Shown here in pieces: positions 39,479 to 49,364 of a DNA stretch of 64,000 nucleotides; positions within the stretch are counted from its first letter, which is position 1, and each line of letters starts with the position of its first letter. The notes under the pieces were generated by a model. It worked only from the letters and a program-made list of their open reading frames with translations, ran no database searches and was not told where the DNA came from. Origin of the DNA: Polyangiaceae bacterium (GTDB lineage Bacteria > Myxococcota_A > Polyangia > Polyangiales > Houyiibacteriaceae); assembly GCA_027009115.1 (NCBI GenBank), contig JALVDI010000486.1, forward strand, positions 3,057-67,056. Direction: 5' to 3'. The translations under genes were made by a program, and so were the position numbers.

Positions 39479-40900
39479 ATGACGCTCGTGAGCGACGCGA
39501 GTGAAGCTTCGGACGGGGAGGCGCCAGTGCGCGACGCCGCGCCTCCCCCAGCCGCCCGACGCACTGTGGCGCGGGCGAGGGAGGGCGTCGACGAGGGCCG
39601 ACGACGTCGCCTCCTCTTCTTCGGTGTCTGGGGCGCCCTGCTCCTGGGAGTGCTCGTCGTTTTCCGAGGCGTCTTGCGTCCGTTTTTCTTCGCGGTCGTC
39701 GTCGCCTACGTGCTCGCCCCCGTCGTTCGCTGGCTCGAGGCGCGCCCGGTCCGCGGCCGTACCGCGCCTCGCTGGGTCGTCGTAGTCGCGGTTTACCTGG
39801 TGCTCCTCGGAGCGATCGTAGGCTTTGCTGCGGTGGGTGTGCCGCGGCTGGCCGCGGAGGTGCAGAAGCTCGCTCGCGAGCTACCGGAGGCCGTCACCAC
39901 CGTTCGAGACGAGTGGCTGCCGACCCTCGAGGCGCGGTTCCGGGCCGCCATGCGGGAGTATTCGGACCCCGAGGGATCGCCCGAGCCTGAACCCGACGCG
40001 GTGGCGGCGGCCGAGAGCCACCGCCGCCGGAGCCTCCGCGTGGTGCCCGCCGCCGATGGCGGTTGGGAGGTCCGCTTACCTGAGGAGGGTTGGGTTTTCG
40101 AGCCTCGGGGGCAGGGCTACCGGCTCGTTGAGGCGCGACCTCGGGAGCAGGCCCAGGGCGATTTGGGCCAGGCGCTGACGGAGGCCATCGAGCGTTGGAG
40201 CGACGACACGCGCGCGACCGCTGCGACGATCCTCCAGACGGCTCAGACGGTGATCCGTACAGTGGTCAAGGGCGTCTTCACGTTCTTCATCGTCCTGATG
40301 ATCTCGGCCTACCTGCTCGTGACGAGCGAACGCATTCTGCTGTTTTTTCGCTCCCTGTGGCCCCGGCGCCGGCGCCGCAACTTCGACCGCCTCGTCCTGC
40401 GCATCGATCGCGGGCTCTCAGGGGTCGTGCGCGGACAGCTCGTGATCGCCCTCGTCAACGGGTTGCTGACGGGCGTCGGGCTGTACGTGCTCGAGGTCCG
40501 CTACTGGCCGGTGCTGACGCTCATCGCCACCCTCCTCTCGGTCATCCCGATCTTCGGCGCAATCCTGAGCACCGTCCCCGCGGTGATCATCGCGCTTCAG
40601 CAGGGGCCATGGGTCGCCCTCTTCGTGGCTGCCTGGATCGTCGTCATCCACCAGATCGAGGCCAACCTCCTCAACCCCAAGATCATGGGGGACGCCGCTC
40701 AGGTGCACCCGGTGCTCGTGGTCTTCGCGCTTTTGGCGGGCGAGAGCCTCTTCGGTCTCACGGGGGCCCTGCTCGCCGTCCCGGTACTCAGCATCACCCA
40801 GAGCCTCTTTCTGCACTATCGCGAGGTCATGCTCGGTGTGCCGGCCCCCAGCCGTTCCAGGCAGAGGCGTGCACCGCGCGCCAGGCGTGCGCGCTCCTGA
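39479..40900 (+). CDS. AI-2E family transporter (PerM/UPF0118-like membrane protein)
   Basis: The start is ATG 39479. The protein is polytopic. Its C-terminal half (GLSGVVRGQLVIALVNGLLTGVGL...SVIPIFGAILSTVPAVIIAL...IVVIHQIEANLLNPKIMG) is typical of this family. A large soluble insert follows TM3. Confidence 0.8.
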   Translation: MTLVSDASEASDGEAPVRDAAPPPAARRTVARAREGVDEGRRRRLLFFGVWGALLLGVLVVFRGVLRPFFFAVVVAYVLAPVVRWLEARPVRGRTAPRWVVVVAVYLVLLGAIVGFAAVGVPRLAAEVQKLARELPEAVTTVRDEWLPTLEARFRAAMREYSDPEGSPEPEPDAVAAAESHRRRSLRVVPAADGGWEVRLPEEGWVFEPRGQGYRLVEARPREQAQGDLGQALTEAIERWSDDTRATAATILQTAQTVIRTVVKGVFTFFIVLMISAYLLVTSERILLFFRSLWPRRRRRNFDRLVLRIDRGLSGVVRGQLVIALVNGLLTGVGLYVLEVRYWPVLTLIATLLSVIPIFGAILSTVPAVIIALQQGPWVALFVAAWIVVIHQIEANLLNPKIMGDAAQVHPVLVVFALLAGESLFGLTGALLAVPVLSITQSLFLHYREVMLGVPAPSRSRQRRAPRARRARS

Positions 40901-40990
40901 CAGGCCGCCCCAGCGGCGACCGTAAGGGCTCGCGGTTGGGAGGGCATCGCCGGACGGTGCCGAGCTCCATTTGCCTGTTCGGTGGTCGGC

Positions 40991-42679
40991 TCAGATCAGT
41001 GGCCCTGAACCTGCGGGCACGAGGATGATCACCTCCCGCTCGTCGAGATCGGCGACGCCGTTGCCGACGACGAGGATCTTCGCCAGGAAGATCTGCGCGG
41101 TCGCCAGGGGCGCGACGGTGTCGTTGAGGAAGCGCACCCGGAACTCGACGGTCGTGCCCGGTGTGACGCCGTAGAAGTTGCGGTCGTCCCGGCGGATCAC
41201 GTCCTCGCTCAGCTCGATGCCCGCTCCGTCGTAGGCGGCGAGGGGGGTGATCTCCTTGATCATGGTGGTGGCGTCGATGCCGGGGCTGCGGTCGGGGATG
41301 TCGCGGCCGTCCTCGGTGCGGGTCGAGATGTCCTGAGGCGTCTCCGTCGCCAGCCGCGCGATCGCGTCGGCGATGGAGTCGGTGAGACCGGAACCGTCGC
41401 CCCCGATGCTGAACACCAGGGGGCTGCCCGCCGCGTCGACCGTGCCGGTCAGGCGCGCCCATTCGGTCATCTGCTGAAGGGCCGTCGGCGAGTCGATCTC
41501 CTGGCCGCTGACAATGCCGAAGACGCGCGCGCCAATGCCGAGGAGCGCCGCCGTGGTCTGTTCCGTGGTGTGGGGCGTACTGCCTGGAGGGAACGCCGAG
41601 GGGTCGTAGGTGCCCTCACCCCCGGAGGTAAATGGCCCGTTCTTCGAGGATGTGTCCGTAATCGGGATGAGGATCGGCAACGCGCCGGGGCGGAAGCAGG
41701 GGTAGCCGAAGCGCCTCCCAGGCTCGTCGGGCACCATCGGGCAGTTCTGGGGCGGGACCCAAGGGGCGATGCCCTCACCGGTGGCGGCCTGGTAAAGCGC
41801 CTCGGTGCTGGAGGCCCAGTTGGCGCCCCCCATGTCCGCCTCCAGCATGGCCACCGATCCGAGCATCGCGCTGCGGTCGGTGTCGATGGTGCTCGTGAGG
41901 TCGAAGGGGAGGTCGCCGCGGGGGCCGTCCGCGCACGCTTCGATCCCCAGGACCGTCATGCACGGTTCCAGTCCGCCGAAGCCAGCGAAGCGGCCGAAGC
42001 CGACGCCGACATCGGGGATCGCCATGACCATGCGGTCGACCAGGCCGCTGAGGCCGGCCTTGAGGTTGCCGACTTCGCCGCTCATCGAGCCGGTGGCGTC
42101 CATCATGAAGAAGACGTCCGCCTTGCGGAGGGTCGTTCCGAAGCGGAGCGTGCGCAGTTCTTCGTCGCCGCCGAAGGGCAGCACCACGAAGAAGTCGTCG
42201 GGGTCCACCGTGTCGCTGGGGTCGAGGGGGTCGTGCATGGTCGCGATCTCGGCAGCGTCGGGGAAACCGTCGCCGTCCGAGTCATCGCTCAGCGGGTCCG
42301 TGAAGTAGGTCTCACGCTCCTCCCGGTCGCCCAGCCCGTCGTTGTCCGAGTCGTTGTCGAGGAAGTCGGGGAAGGAGTCGCCGTCGGTGTTTCGTGCCTC
42401 GCACCCCCCACGCATCCCCGACTCGGTGGCATCGTCGATGCCGTCGCCGTCCGAGTCCAGGTCCATGGAGTTGGGGATGGAGTCGCCGTCGATGTCGGAG
42501 GTGCCCTCGAAGTCGTCCCAGAGTCCGTCTCCGTCGGAGTCGACCTCGCTCTCGCAGCGTCCCACCACGCTGCTGTCAGGGGAGCCCCCGTCGGAGCGGG
42601 TAGGGCGGTCGTCGTCGCCGCAGCCGACGACCAACGAAGCGCAGAGGAGAGGCAAGGAGAGCGCACGCATGGGCGCCAA
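40991..42679 (-). CDS. Lipoprotein with thrombospondin type-3 Ca-binding repeats and a von Willebrand factor A domain
   Basis: The signal/lipobox is [15 protein letters not shown]3-like repeats include [52 protein letters not shown] and [10 protein letters not shown]. The vWA MIDAS motif is [16 protein letters not shown]. Confidence 0.8.
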   Translation of the reverse strand: MAPMRALSLPLLCASLVVGCGDDDRPTRSDGGSPDSSVVGRCESEVDSDGDGLWDDFEGTSDIDGDSIPNSMDLDSDGDGIDDATESGMRGGCEARNTDGDSFPDFLDNDSDNDGLGDREERETYFTDPLSDDSDGDGFPDAAEIATMHDPLDPSDTVDPDDFFVVLPFGGDEELRTLRFGTTLRKADVFFMMDATGSMSGEVGNLKAGLSGLVDRMVMAIPDVGVGFGRFAGFGGLEPCMTVLGIEACADGPRGDLPFDLTSTIDTDRSAMLGSVAMLEADMGGANWASSTEALYQAATGEGIAPWVPPQNCPMVPDEPGRRFGYPCFRPGALPILIPITDTSSKNGPFTSGGEGTYDPSAFPPGSTPHTTEQTTAALLGIGARVFGIVSGQEIDSPTALQQMTEWARLTGTVDAAGSPLVFSIGGDGSGLTDSIADAIARLATETPQDISTRTEDGRDIPDRSPGIDATTMIKEITPLAAYDGAGIELSEDVIRRDDRNFYGVTPGTTVEFRVRFLNDTVAPLATAQIFLAKILVVGNGVADLDEREVIILVPAGSGPLI

Positions 42680-42759
42680 GGTATCCGAGCGTTGTGCAGT
42701 CTTCGGACAGGTGTGTGAGCCGCCTCACGGCGCGAGGGCGAGGCTGCGGTCCAGGAGCG

Positions 42760-43518
42760 TCAGCGCAGGCTCACGACGACCGCCGTGATGTTGTCCCGGC
42801 CGCCGCGTTCGTTGGCCATCTCCACGAGCCGCTGGGTCGCCACCTCCGGACCCAACCCGAGGATCCGTGGGAGCTCCTCGTCCTTGACGTAGCCGTGCAG
42901 TCCGTCGCTGCACAGGAGGTAGCTGTCGCCGCTCTTGCACTCGAAGAAGCGGGTGTCCACCTGGACGTAGTCGCGCGAGCCCACCGCCCGCGTGATCACG
43001 TTGCGGTGCGGTGAGACCGCCGCTTCTTCTTCGGTGATGATGCCCTGCTTGAGCTGCCAGGCGACGAGGGTGTGGTCTTCGGTCAGGGGCGATGCCTTCC
43101 CGTCGCGGACCATGTAAACGCGGCTGTCGCCGACCTGCGCCGTGATGCCGAAGCGGCCACAGATGGCCAGCGCGGAGAGCGTGGTGCCCATGCCTTGCCG
43201 GTCGGGATCGTGCTGCGCGATGCCGAAGACCATGTAGGTGGCCGCCTGAACGGCGCTTTCCAGGACGCGAATGGCTTGGCGAACCGCGTCTTCGCTTGTG
43301 TCGCCGGCTGCCAGACGCTCCAGGGCGGAGGTGCCCCTGCGCACCATGCCATGTACGGTGTCCACGGCCTCTGCGCTGGCGATCTCGCCGGCGGCGTGGC
43401 CTCCCATGCCGTCAGCGACGACGTAGAGTCCGAGGGCGTCGTCGAAGAAGAACGCGTCCTCGTTCACCTGACGCCTGCGGCCGATATCCGTCAGTCCTGC
43501 GCCAAACCGCTGGAACAC
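42760..43518 (-). CDS. PP2C-family Ser/Thr protein phosphatase
   Basis: Motifs TDIGRRRQVNEDAF, YVVADGMGGHAAGEIAS, LLCSDGL and GGRDNITAVVV. Confidence 0.9.
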   Translation of the reverse strand: MFQRFGAGLTDIGRRRQVNEDAFFFDDALGLYVVADGMGGHAAGEIASAEAVDTVHGMVRRGTSALERLAAGDTSEDAVRQAIRVLESAVQAATYMVFGIAQHDPDRQGMGTTLSALAICGRFGITAQVGDSRVYMVRDGKASPLTEDHTLVAWQLKQGIITEEEAAVSPHRNVITRAVGSRDYVQVDTRFFECKSGDSYLLCSDGLHGYVKDEELPRILGLGPEVATQRLVEMANERGGRDNITAVVVSLR

Positions 43519-43710
43519 GCTCCTCTACCCACCTCACCCGGCGCAGCCCGCCGGCCCGACGGAGAGACTACAACGTCCCCCGCTGCCTACAACCACTCTT
43601 CTACCCGCCTTTTTGAGCGAGTTGGTGCAAAAATGTCGACCCGCTTTCCGGAGGGTGGCGGCGGGTTCGGAACAGGGGAGGGGTGTTGGGGGTTGAATAG
43701 CCGGGTCGTC

Positions 43711-44817
43711 ATGCTCATCTCTACCCATGTGCGCACCGTCTCCCTCGTCTTCTTTGCGAGTGTCCTGACCCTGTCCGCTGGGCTGGCGAGCGCCCAGGCG
43801 CCCCGGGAGCTCACGGAGCGGCGCCGCATCGAGATCGCCGAGCGCCTGCAGCGCTCGACGGTAGTGGTCCGGGTCGGCCGCGCAGGGGGCTCGGGGTTCA
43901 TCGCGACCCGCGAGGGGTGGGTCGTGACCAACTTGCACGTGGTCCGCGGTGGCCGCGGTCCCATCACCGTGCGCCTGAGTGACGGGCGAACGATGCGGGC
44001 CCGCGTCCTCGCCCTCGATCGGGAGCACGACTTGGCGCTGCTGGAGCTCCCCCAGGCGCCGAACCTTCCGCCGCTTCCGCTCGGCGATCCGGACGCGGTG
44101 CGTGTGGGCCAGACCGTGCTGGCCTACGGCAGCCCCTTCGGTCTGGATGGGACTCTGACCCAGGGCATCGTGAGCGCTCGGCGGGACCTGCCCGGGCCGG
44201 CGGGTCCCCTCCGGGGCATCATCCAGACCGACGCGCCGATCAACCCAGGCAACTCCGGTGGTCCCCTCGCGAACTCGCAGGGGCAGGTCATCGGCGTCAA
44301 CACCGCGATCCTCAGCCGCACCGGTGGCTCCCACGGCATCGGATTCGCGATGCCCTCGAACTACGTGCGGGAGCTCATCGCGCGGGTGCGGAGCCAGACG
44401 ACGCCTCCGCTCGCTCGGCAGGGTCCGAGGCAGGGTCCGCCGGCGGCCGCTCGGGCGCCTTCGCCGCTGGGGGACGTCTGGGTCGGCATCATCGGTGACG
44501 ACTTCGACATGGGCGGGGTTCGAGGCGTCCGCATCCGGGAGGTCATTCCGGGCGGCCCTGCGGCCGACGCGGGGCTCCGCGGCCTGCGCGATCCTCCTCC
44601 GCCGCTGGTGCGGCAACTCGGCGTGCCGTGGACCGGGCACATCATCGTCGCGGTCGACGGCCGTCCGGTGCGGAACCTCGGGGAGCTCAAGGAGGCCCTG
44701 GCGGGCCGGCAGCCGGGGGAGAGGGCTCGGCTGTCGCTTCGGGTAGGGCCGGCCGCCGTTCAGGGGGAGGCGCTCGTGTCCCTCGAGGCGCCGCCGGCAC
44801 GCCTCCCGATCCCGTGA
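43711..44817 (+). CDS. HtrA/DegP-family serine protease with PDZ domain
   Basis: The start is ATG 43711, giving the signal peptide MLISTHVRTVSLVFFASVLTLSAGLASAQA; ATG 43633 is an alternative. The triad contexts are VVTNLHVV, HDLALLEL and GNSGGPL. The PDZ-like stretch is VRIREVIPGGPAADAGL. Confidence 0.85.
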   Translation: MLISTHVRTVSLVFFASVLTLSAGLASAQAPRELTERRRIEIAERLQRSTVVVRVGRAGGSGFIATREGWVVTNLHVVRGGRGPITVRLSDGRTMRARVLALDREHDLALLELPQAPNLPPLPLGDPDAVRVGQTVLAYGSPFGLDGTLTQGIVSARRDLPGPAGPLRGIIQTDAPINPGNSGGPLANSQGQVIGVNTAILSRTGGSHGIGFAMPSNYVRELIARVRSQTTPPLARQGPRQGPPAAARAPSPLGDVWVGIIGDDFDMGGVRGVRIREVIPGGPAADAGLRGLRDPPPPLVRQLGVPWTGHIIVAVDGRPVRNLGELKEALAGRQPGERARLSLRVGPAAVQGEALVSLEAPPARLPIP

Positions 44818-44865
44818 GCTCGCTGGCGCGGTAGCTCCCGCAGTCGACGGAGCTAGGGTCTGCCG

Positions 44866-46134
44866 ATGCGCGCCCTGAGCGAGACGGTGGTCCGAGCTCT
44901 CGAAGACGGCGAGCTCGATCGGGTATGGGGCCTGCTGGAGCCCCACGCGGCGTCCCTCGGCGACGATCCCGAGCTGGCGCTGGCGTGGCTCCGCGCCCTC
45001 GAGCACGCGCCCTCGCGGCCGACGCTCCAGGACGAGGTCCGGCGGGCCGTTGGCGGTGGCGAGGACCCACGCCGGGTGGTCGCTGCCTGTGCAGCGCTGA
45101 ACGCCGCCGCCCAACTCCGACCCCTCGATTTGCCGCCGCTGCCCGAGGGGCCCGCGGCGCAGGCTGCGCGCTTGGCCGAGCAGGCTCTGGCGCGGGATCC
45201 TTCCGGCCCGTTGGCTGGCTATCTGTGGATCAACCGGGCGAACGCCTTGCGCGCTCTGGGACCCGAGGAGGACGGGCGGGCTCAGCGCGCCTACGCCGAG
45301 GCGCTCGCTCGCGACGACCGCGGCTGGTGGCACTTCGACCTGGCCGTGCTCCACAAGTGGCGCGGGCGATGGGAGGCGTCGCTGCAGGCCAGCCTCGCGG
45401 CCCGGGAGCGCCTGGGCGCCGTCCGTCCCGTGTGCTGGAACATCGCCCTGGCGGCCACGGCGCTCGGTGACGGGGGCCGTGCGCTCGAGGCCTGGCGTGC
45501 CCTTGGCTTCGATCCACGCTTGGGCGAAGGGAGCGGCCTGCCCTTCGTCGAGGGGATCCCCCCGTTCCAGGTTCGGGTACCGAGCCGTCCGAGTGGCTTC
45601 GGCCTCGGGGAGCCGGAGGGCGAGCAGTTCGAGCTCGTGTGGGTGCAGCCCATCAGCCCCTGCCACGGCGTGCTGGCCTCTCCGACGTTCGGGGACGCGC
45701 CGGTGGACTATGGCGACGTGGTGCTGTGGGACGGTGCGCCGGTCCTCTTCGACCCACCCTGTTTCCCACTGCTCGAGATCCTCCGCCGCGGCGACGAGCG
45801 ACGGCTCCGCTTTCTGGCCCTCGCCAGCGCTGGGGAGGTCGAGGAGGTCGCCGGCGCCCTCGGGGAGCTTGGTGTCCAGGCTTTCGCGCACCCTCGGGGC
45901 CGAGCGATCGAGGGCCAGCAGCTCATCGTGGGCAAGCTCGTCGCCGCGGCCACGCTGGACCTCTCCGAGCTCCGCCGAAGGTTCGAGGCGGCTCTCGATG
46001 CGGCGGACGGGGCTCGCTGGGCGGTTCCGGATCTCTACGAGCTTTGTGGCGACACCAAACGCGCAGGGCGCGAACATCAGCGATGGCGGGGCCTGGCGCG
46101 GGCCGCTGTCAAGCGTGGTTTCCTCGAGCCATGA
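44866..46134 (+). CDS. Hypothetical protein (helical/TPR-like N-terminal half, unknown C-terminal half)
   Basis: 422-aa ORF with high third-position GC. Its stop overlaps the next gene's start (ATGA). I recognise no catalytic motif. Confidence 0.5.
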   Translation: MRALSETVVRALEDGELDRVWGLLEPHAASLGDDPELALAWLRALEHAPSRPTLQDEVRRAVGGGEDPRRVVAACAALNAAAQLRPLDLPPLPEGPAAQAARLAEQALARDPSGPLAGYLWINRANALRALGPEEDGRAQRAYAEALARDDRGWWHFDLAVLHKWRGRWEASLQASLAARERLGAVRPVCWNIALAATALGDGGRALEAWRALGFDPRLGEGSGLPFVEGIPPFQVRVPSRPSGFGLGEPEGEQFELVWVQPISPCHGVLASPTFGDAPVDYGDVVLWDGAPVLFDPPCFPLLEILRRGDERRLRFLALASAGEVEEVAGALGELGVQAFAHPRGRAIEGQQLIVGKLVAAATLDLSELRRRFEAALDAADGARWAVPDLYELCGDTKRAGREHQRWRGLARAAVKRGFLEP

Positions 46135-46916
46135 GCGACGCGCCGCTGCCTTCCCAGGAGCACCTGTGGGAGGGGCTGCCGCCCCTCGGGGAGGGCGAGG
46201 TCCATCGCCGTCGCGAGCTGACCTATCTGGTGTTCGCTGGCTTCTTCCTCGGCACCCTCGCGATGCTCAACATCCTGGGGATCACGCGCTTCGTCGACCT
46301 GGGGTTCACGGTGGCCGGCGAAAGCGTCCTGGTCGCCGTGGGCGTGCTGCCGTACCCCATCACGTTCTTGTGCACCGACCTCATCTCGGAGCTCTTTGGG
46401 CGCCAGCGGGCGTCCGCGCTCGTCTGGATGGGTCTGGTCCTGAACCTCTGGGTGGCGGCGATCCTCTGGATCGGCGGCGCTCTCCCGGGGTTCGATCTGG
46501 GCTCCGACCGAGAGCCGCCCCTCTATCTCTTCACCGAGCTGCGGCGGACGACCTTCGCCGCCATCACCGCCTCGATGGTGGCCTATCTGGCCGCTCAGAT
46601 GGTCGACGTGCACCTCTTCCACTTCTGGAAGCGCCTCACCCGTGGGAAGCACCTGTGGCTGAGGAACAACGGGTCGACTCTCGTGAGCCAGCTCGTGGAC
46701 ACGGTCGCTGTGATTCTTGTCACACACTTCCTTGCCGGGGGCTTGCCGATCGACGCGGGCCGTCCGCTCTGGTCCCAACTCGGGGCCTACGTCGCGGCGG
46801 GCTATGCTTTCAAGGTCCTCGCGGCGCTCCTCGACACCGGACCGTTCTACCTTCTGGCCCGCGCTCTGGCGCGCTACCTTCGCTTGCCACCGCCGTCCGA
46901 GGAAGCGAGCCTCTAG
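46131..46916 (+). CDS. VUT/YhhQ-family membrane protein (queuosine-precursor transporter-like)
   Basis: The start is ATG 46131. The family-typical motif is LPYPITFLCTDLISELFG. There are about six TM helices. Confidence 0.8.
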   Translation: MSDAPLPSQEHLWEGLPPLGEGEVHRRRELTYLVFAGFFLGTLAMLNILGITRFVDLGFTVAGESVLVAVGVLPYPITFLCTDLISELFGRQRASALVWMGLVLNLWVAAILWIGGALPGFDLGSDREPPLYLFTELRRTTFAAITASMVAYLAAQMVDVHLFHFWKRLTRGKHLWLRNNGSTLVSQLVDTVAVILVTHFLAGGLPIDAGRPLWSQLGAYVAAGYAFKVLAALLDTGPFYLLARALARYLRLPPPSEEASL

Positions 46917-46987
46917 GTTCCGGCGGTCGCCGGTCCGCTTGGTCGGCGGCTCCGCGTTCTCGTCGTTCGTCGCAGTGAGGTGTTGGA

Positions 46988-47596
46988 ATGAGTCGCCGCG
47001 TAGCACTTTGGGCGTTGGTCCTCGTGGGCGTTCTGATGGGTTCGTCCGCGGGCGCGACGGTGATGGTCGAGGTGCCGCTGGAGGACATGGCCCGTGACGC
47101 GGCCGTGATCGTCCGCGCGCGGGTCGTCCATACGGGTACGCAGATGGTGATGCGTGATGGGAGCTTCGACCCGTACACGGTCACGACGCTCCAGGTGCTC
47201 GAGGGGATCAAGGGCGCGGGGGAGGCTGAGCAGCTCCTCGTTCGCGAGCTCGGGGGGACCTATCGCGGTGGAGGGATGTGGATCGATGGTACGCCGCGCT
47301 ACGCCTTGGGCGAAGAGGTCGTGGTGTTCCTCGAGCACGACCCGATCGACGCGACCTACTTCCGAACGTACGCGATGAGCCAGGGCAAGTTCGTCGTCCT
47401 CCACGGCTTGCCCGGCGTCCCGGCGGCGGTCGCTCGGGACACGCGGGCGGTCGCCTTCGCACGGTGGACCGACGGTCGGATGACCCTCTCGCACGGGGGG
47501 CGAGAGGTGATGCAGCTCGAGGCGTTCCTCGATTTGCTTCGGGGCGTCGTTCGTCTCGACGCGCCGGCACGAAGCTCGGTGGGAGGTGCGCGATGA
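46988..47596 (+). CDS. Hypothetical secreted protein, translationally coupled to the downstream metalloprotease
   Basis: The signal peptide is MSRRVALWALVLVGVLMGSSAGA. The protein is 202 aa and looks beta-rich. Its stop overlaps the next start (ATGA). Confidence 0.55.
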   Translation: MSRRVALWALVLVGVLMGSSAGATVMVEVPLEDMARDAAVIVRARVVHTGTQMVMRDGSFDPYTVTTLQVLEGIKGAGEAEQLLVRELGGTYRGGGMWIDGTPRYALGEEVVVFLEHDPIDATYFRTYAMSQGKFVVLHGLPGVPAAVARDTRAVAFARWTDGRMTLSHGGREVMQLEAFLDLLRGVVRLDAPARSSVGGAR

Positions 47597-49236
47597 GCCG
47601 GCGGGCGATGGTCTTGGGTGGAGCGATCCTGATGGCGTCGCTGGCTGGCGAGGTGCGGGCGTGGGAGTGCCTGTCCGGGAGCTGCCCCACCTGGTGCGAG
47701 CAACCCGTGCCTTACGGTTTGACGCGCGCTTCGAGCGATCTGGGGGATGGAACCACGGAGACGGAAGTTCGCCGGGGCATGGGGGACTGGACGCTCCGGA
47801 GCTGCACCCGCTTGTCCTCGAACTACACCGGGCGCAGCAGCGCGGTCGTGGGGGCCGGCGACGGGCGCTCGGTCATCGGCTGGGTCGAGTCGGGTTGGCG
47901 TCACAGCGGCAGCGCCATCGGCGTTACGGGGCCCCGCTGGGACGGGCGCAACTGCATCCGCGAGGCGGATATGGAGATGAACGGCGTCAACTTCTCGTGG
48001 GTCACCAGCTCAGGCCGCGGGTCCAGCGTCAACGCCTACTCGATCGTCTTGCACGAAGGCGGCCACTACTACGGACTGGGCCACTCGAACGATCCCAACG
48101 CGACGATGTACTTCGCCTACACCGGGGGCATCGACGCGCTCAACGCGGATGACGAGGGCGGCATCTGCACGCTTTATCCAGGCGATGGCCCGGTGGATTG
48201 CACGGTCAGCGGCTGCCCCTCCGGACAGGAGTGTGTCGGCGGGGAGTGCCGACCGGTCATGGGGGATGGGACGCTCTGTTCGCCTTGCACGTCCGATGCG
48301 GAGTGTGGCGGCCCCCGCGACTTCTGCATCGGGTACCCGAGCGGCGGGGCCTTCTGTGGTCGTGCCTGCACCTCCTCGGAAGATTGTGGCGCCGGCTTCG
48401 TCTGCGCCGGCACCAGCGGCGGCGTCTCCCAATGCGCCGGTTTCGACGGCAGCAACTTCACGTGCGCCGGCGGCGGTCCGGCGCCCGCGGGGTGCACCAA
48501 CGACTCGCAATGCGGCGCCGGCGAGCGCTGCAACACGGCCACCGGTGCCTGCGAGCCGCGTCCGGCGGATCGGGCTGCTCTCGGCGAGAGTTGCGAGAGC
48601 GACGATGAGTGCAACTCGGGCCTCTGCGCCACGACCGCCGCGGGGCAAGTCTGCGCCCAGTCCTGCGATGGGTTCGATACCTCGTCGTGCCCGAGCGGCT
48701 TCTATTGCGACGGCGAGGCCTTGGGCGTCTGTGGGACGGGGCTGTGCCTCAGGGGGACGGCCGGTGCTGCGGGCCTCGGCGCAAGCTGCACCGCGGACAC
48801 GGACTGTGCGTCGCTGATGTGCGACGGCGCGATCTGCGCGTCGCCGTGCCGGCCGGACGCGGCGGTCAACAGCTGCCCGATGGGCTACGTGTGCCGACCG
48901 GGCGCGGCGGCGGGGTGCGGGGCATGCCGCGCGGAGGCGGATCTCGCCGCTCCTGGCGAGTTCTGCATGACCAACGAGGATTGTGCTTCGGGGCTCTGCG
49001 CCGTGGCTTCTGACGGAGATCAGTTTTGCACCGACTTCTGCGACAGCGCCGCCGACTGCCCCGAGCTGTTCTCCTGCGTGCCCGTTGGGGACACGAACGT
49101 GTGCGTCCCGCCGGCACCCCGGGAGGACGGCGGGGGCTGCGGCTGCGTCACGGCGGGTGCTGGGAGCCGCTCGGTTCCATGGCTGCCGCTGTTGATCGCA
49201 GGGCCTGCTTGGGTGTGGTGGAGGCGTCGGCGTTGA
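47593..49236 (+). CDS. Secreted metzincin (matrixin-like Zn metalloprotease) with Cys-rich repeat stalk and MYXO-CTERM-like C-terminal sorting tail
   Basis: It has a signal peptide, the zinc motif VLHEGGHYYGLGHS (HExxHxxGxxH) and a Met-turn candidate NATMYF. About 300 aa of Cys-rich repeats follow (CTSDAECGG, CESDDECNSGLC, CTADTDCASLMC, CMTNEDCASGLC). The C-terminus is GGGCGCVTAGAGSRSVPWLPLLIAGPAWVWWRRRR. Confidence 0.8.
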   Translation: MSRRAMVLGGAILMASLAGEVRAWECLSGSCPTWCEQPVPYGLTRASSDLGDGTTETEVRRGMGDWTLRSCTRLSSNYTGRSSAVVGAGDGRSVIGWVESGWRHSGSAIGVTGPRWDGRNCIREADMEMNGVNFSWVTSSGRGSSVNAYSIVLHEGGHYYGLGHSNDPNATMYFAYTGGIDALNADDEGGICTLYPGDGPVDCTVSGCPSGQECVGGECRPVMGDGTLCSPCTSDAECGGPRDFCIGYPSGGAFCGRACTSSEDCGAGFVCAGTSGGVSQCAGFDGSNFTCAGGGPAPAGCTNDSQCGAGERCNTATGACEPRPADRAALGESCESDDECNSGLCATTAAGQVCAQSCDGFDTSSCPSGFYCDGEALGVCGTGLCLRGTAGAAGLGASCTADTDCASLMCDGAICASPCRPDAAVNSCPMGYVCRPGAAAGCGACRAEADLAAPGEFCMTNEDCASGLCAVASDGDQFCTDFCDSAADCPELFSCVPVGDTNVCVPPAPREDGGGCGCVTAGAGSRSVPWLPLLIAGPAWVWWRRRR

Positions 49237-49364
49237 TGTAACGACTCGTGGGGGTGGACGACGGTATCCGCGAAGGGCCCGCGTCATGAGTCCCGGAGCG
49301 CGGCGACCTCCCCCTTCGTCGAGTCCTCGGCGGAGGGCCCCGCCGCGCCGCCCCGTACGTCCCC

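Noticed and set aside
43600-43640. TTGGTGCAAAAATGTC upstream of the HtrA gene, considered as a sigma54 -24/-12 element
   Set aside because: The -12 block reads TGTC rather than TTGC, so the invariant GC is out of register. The match is not better than chance.
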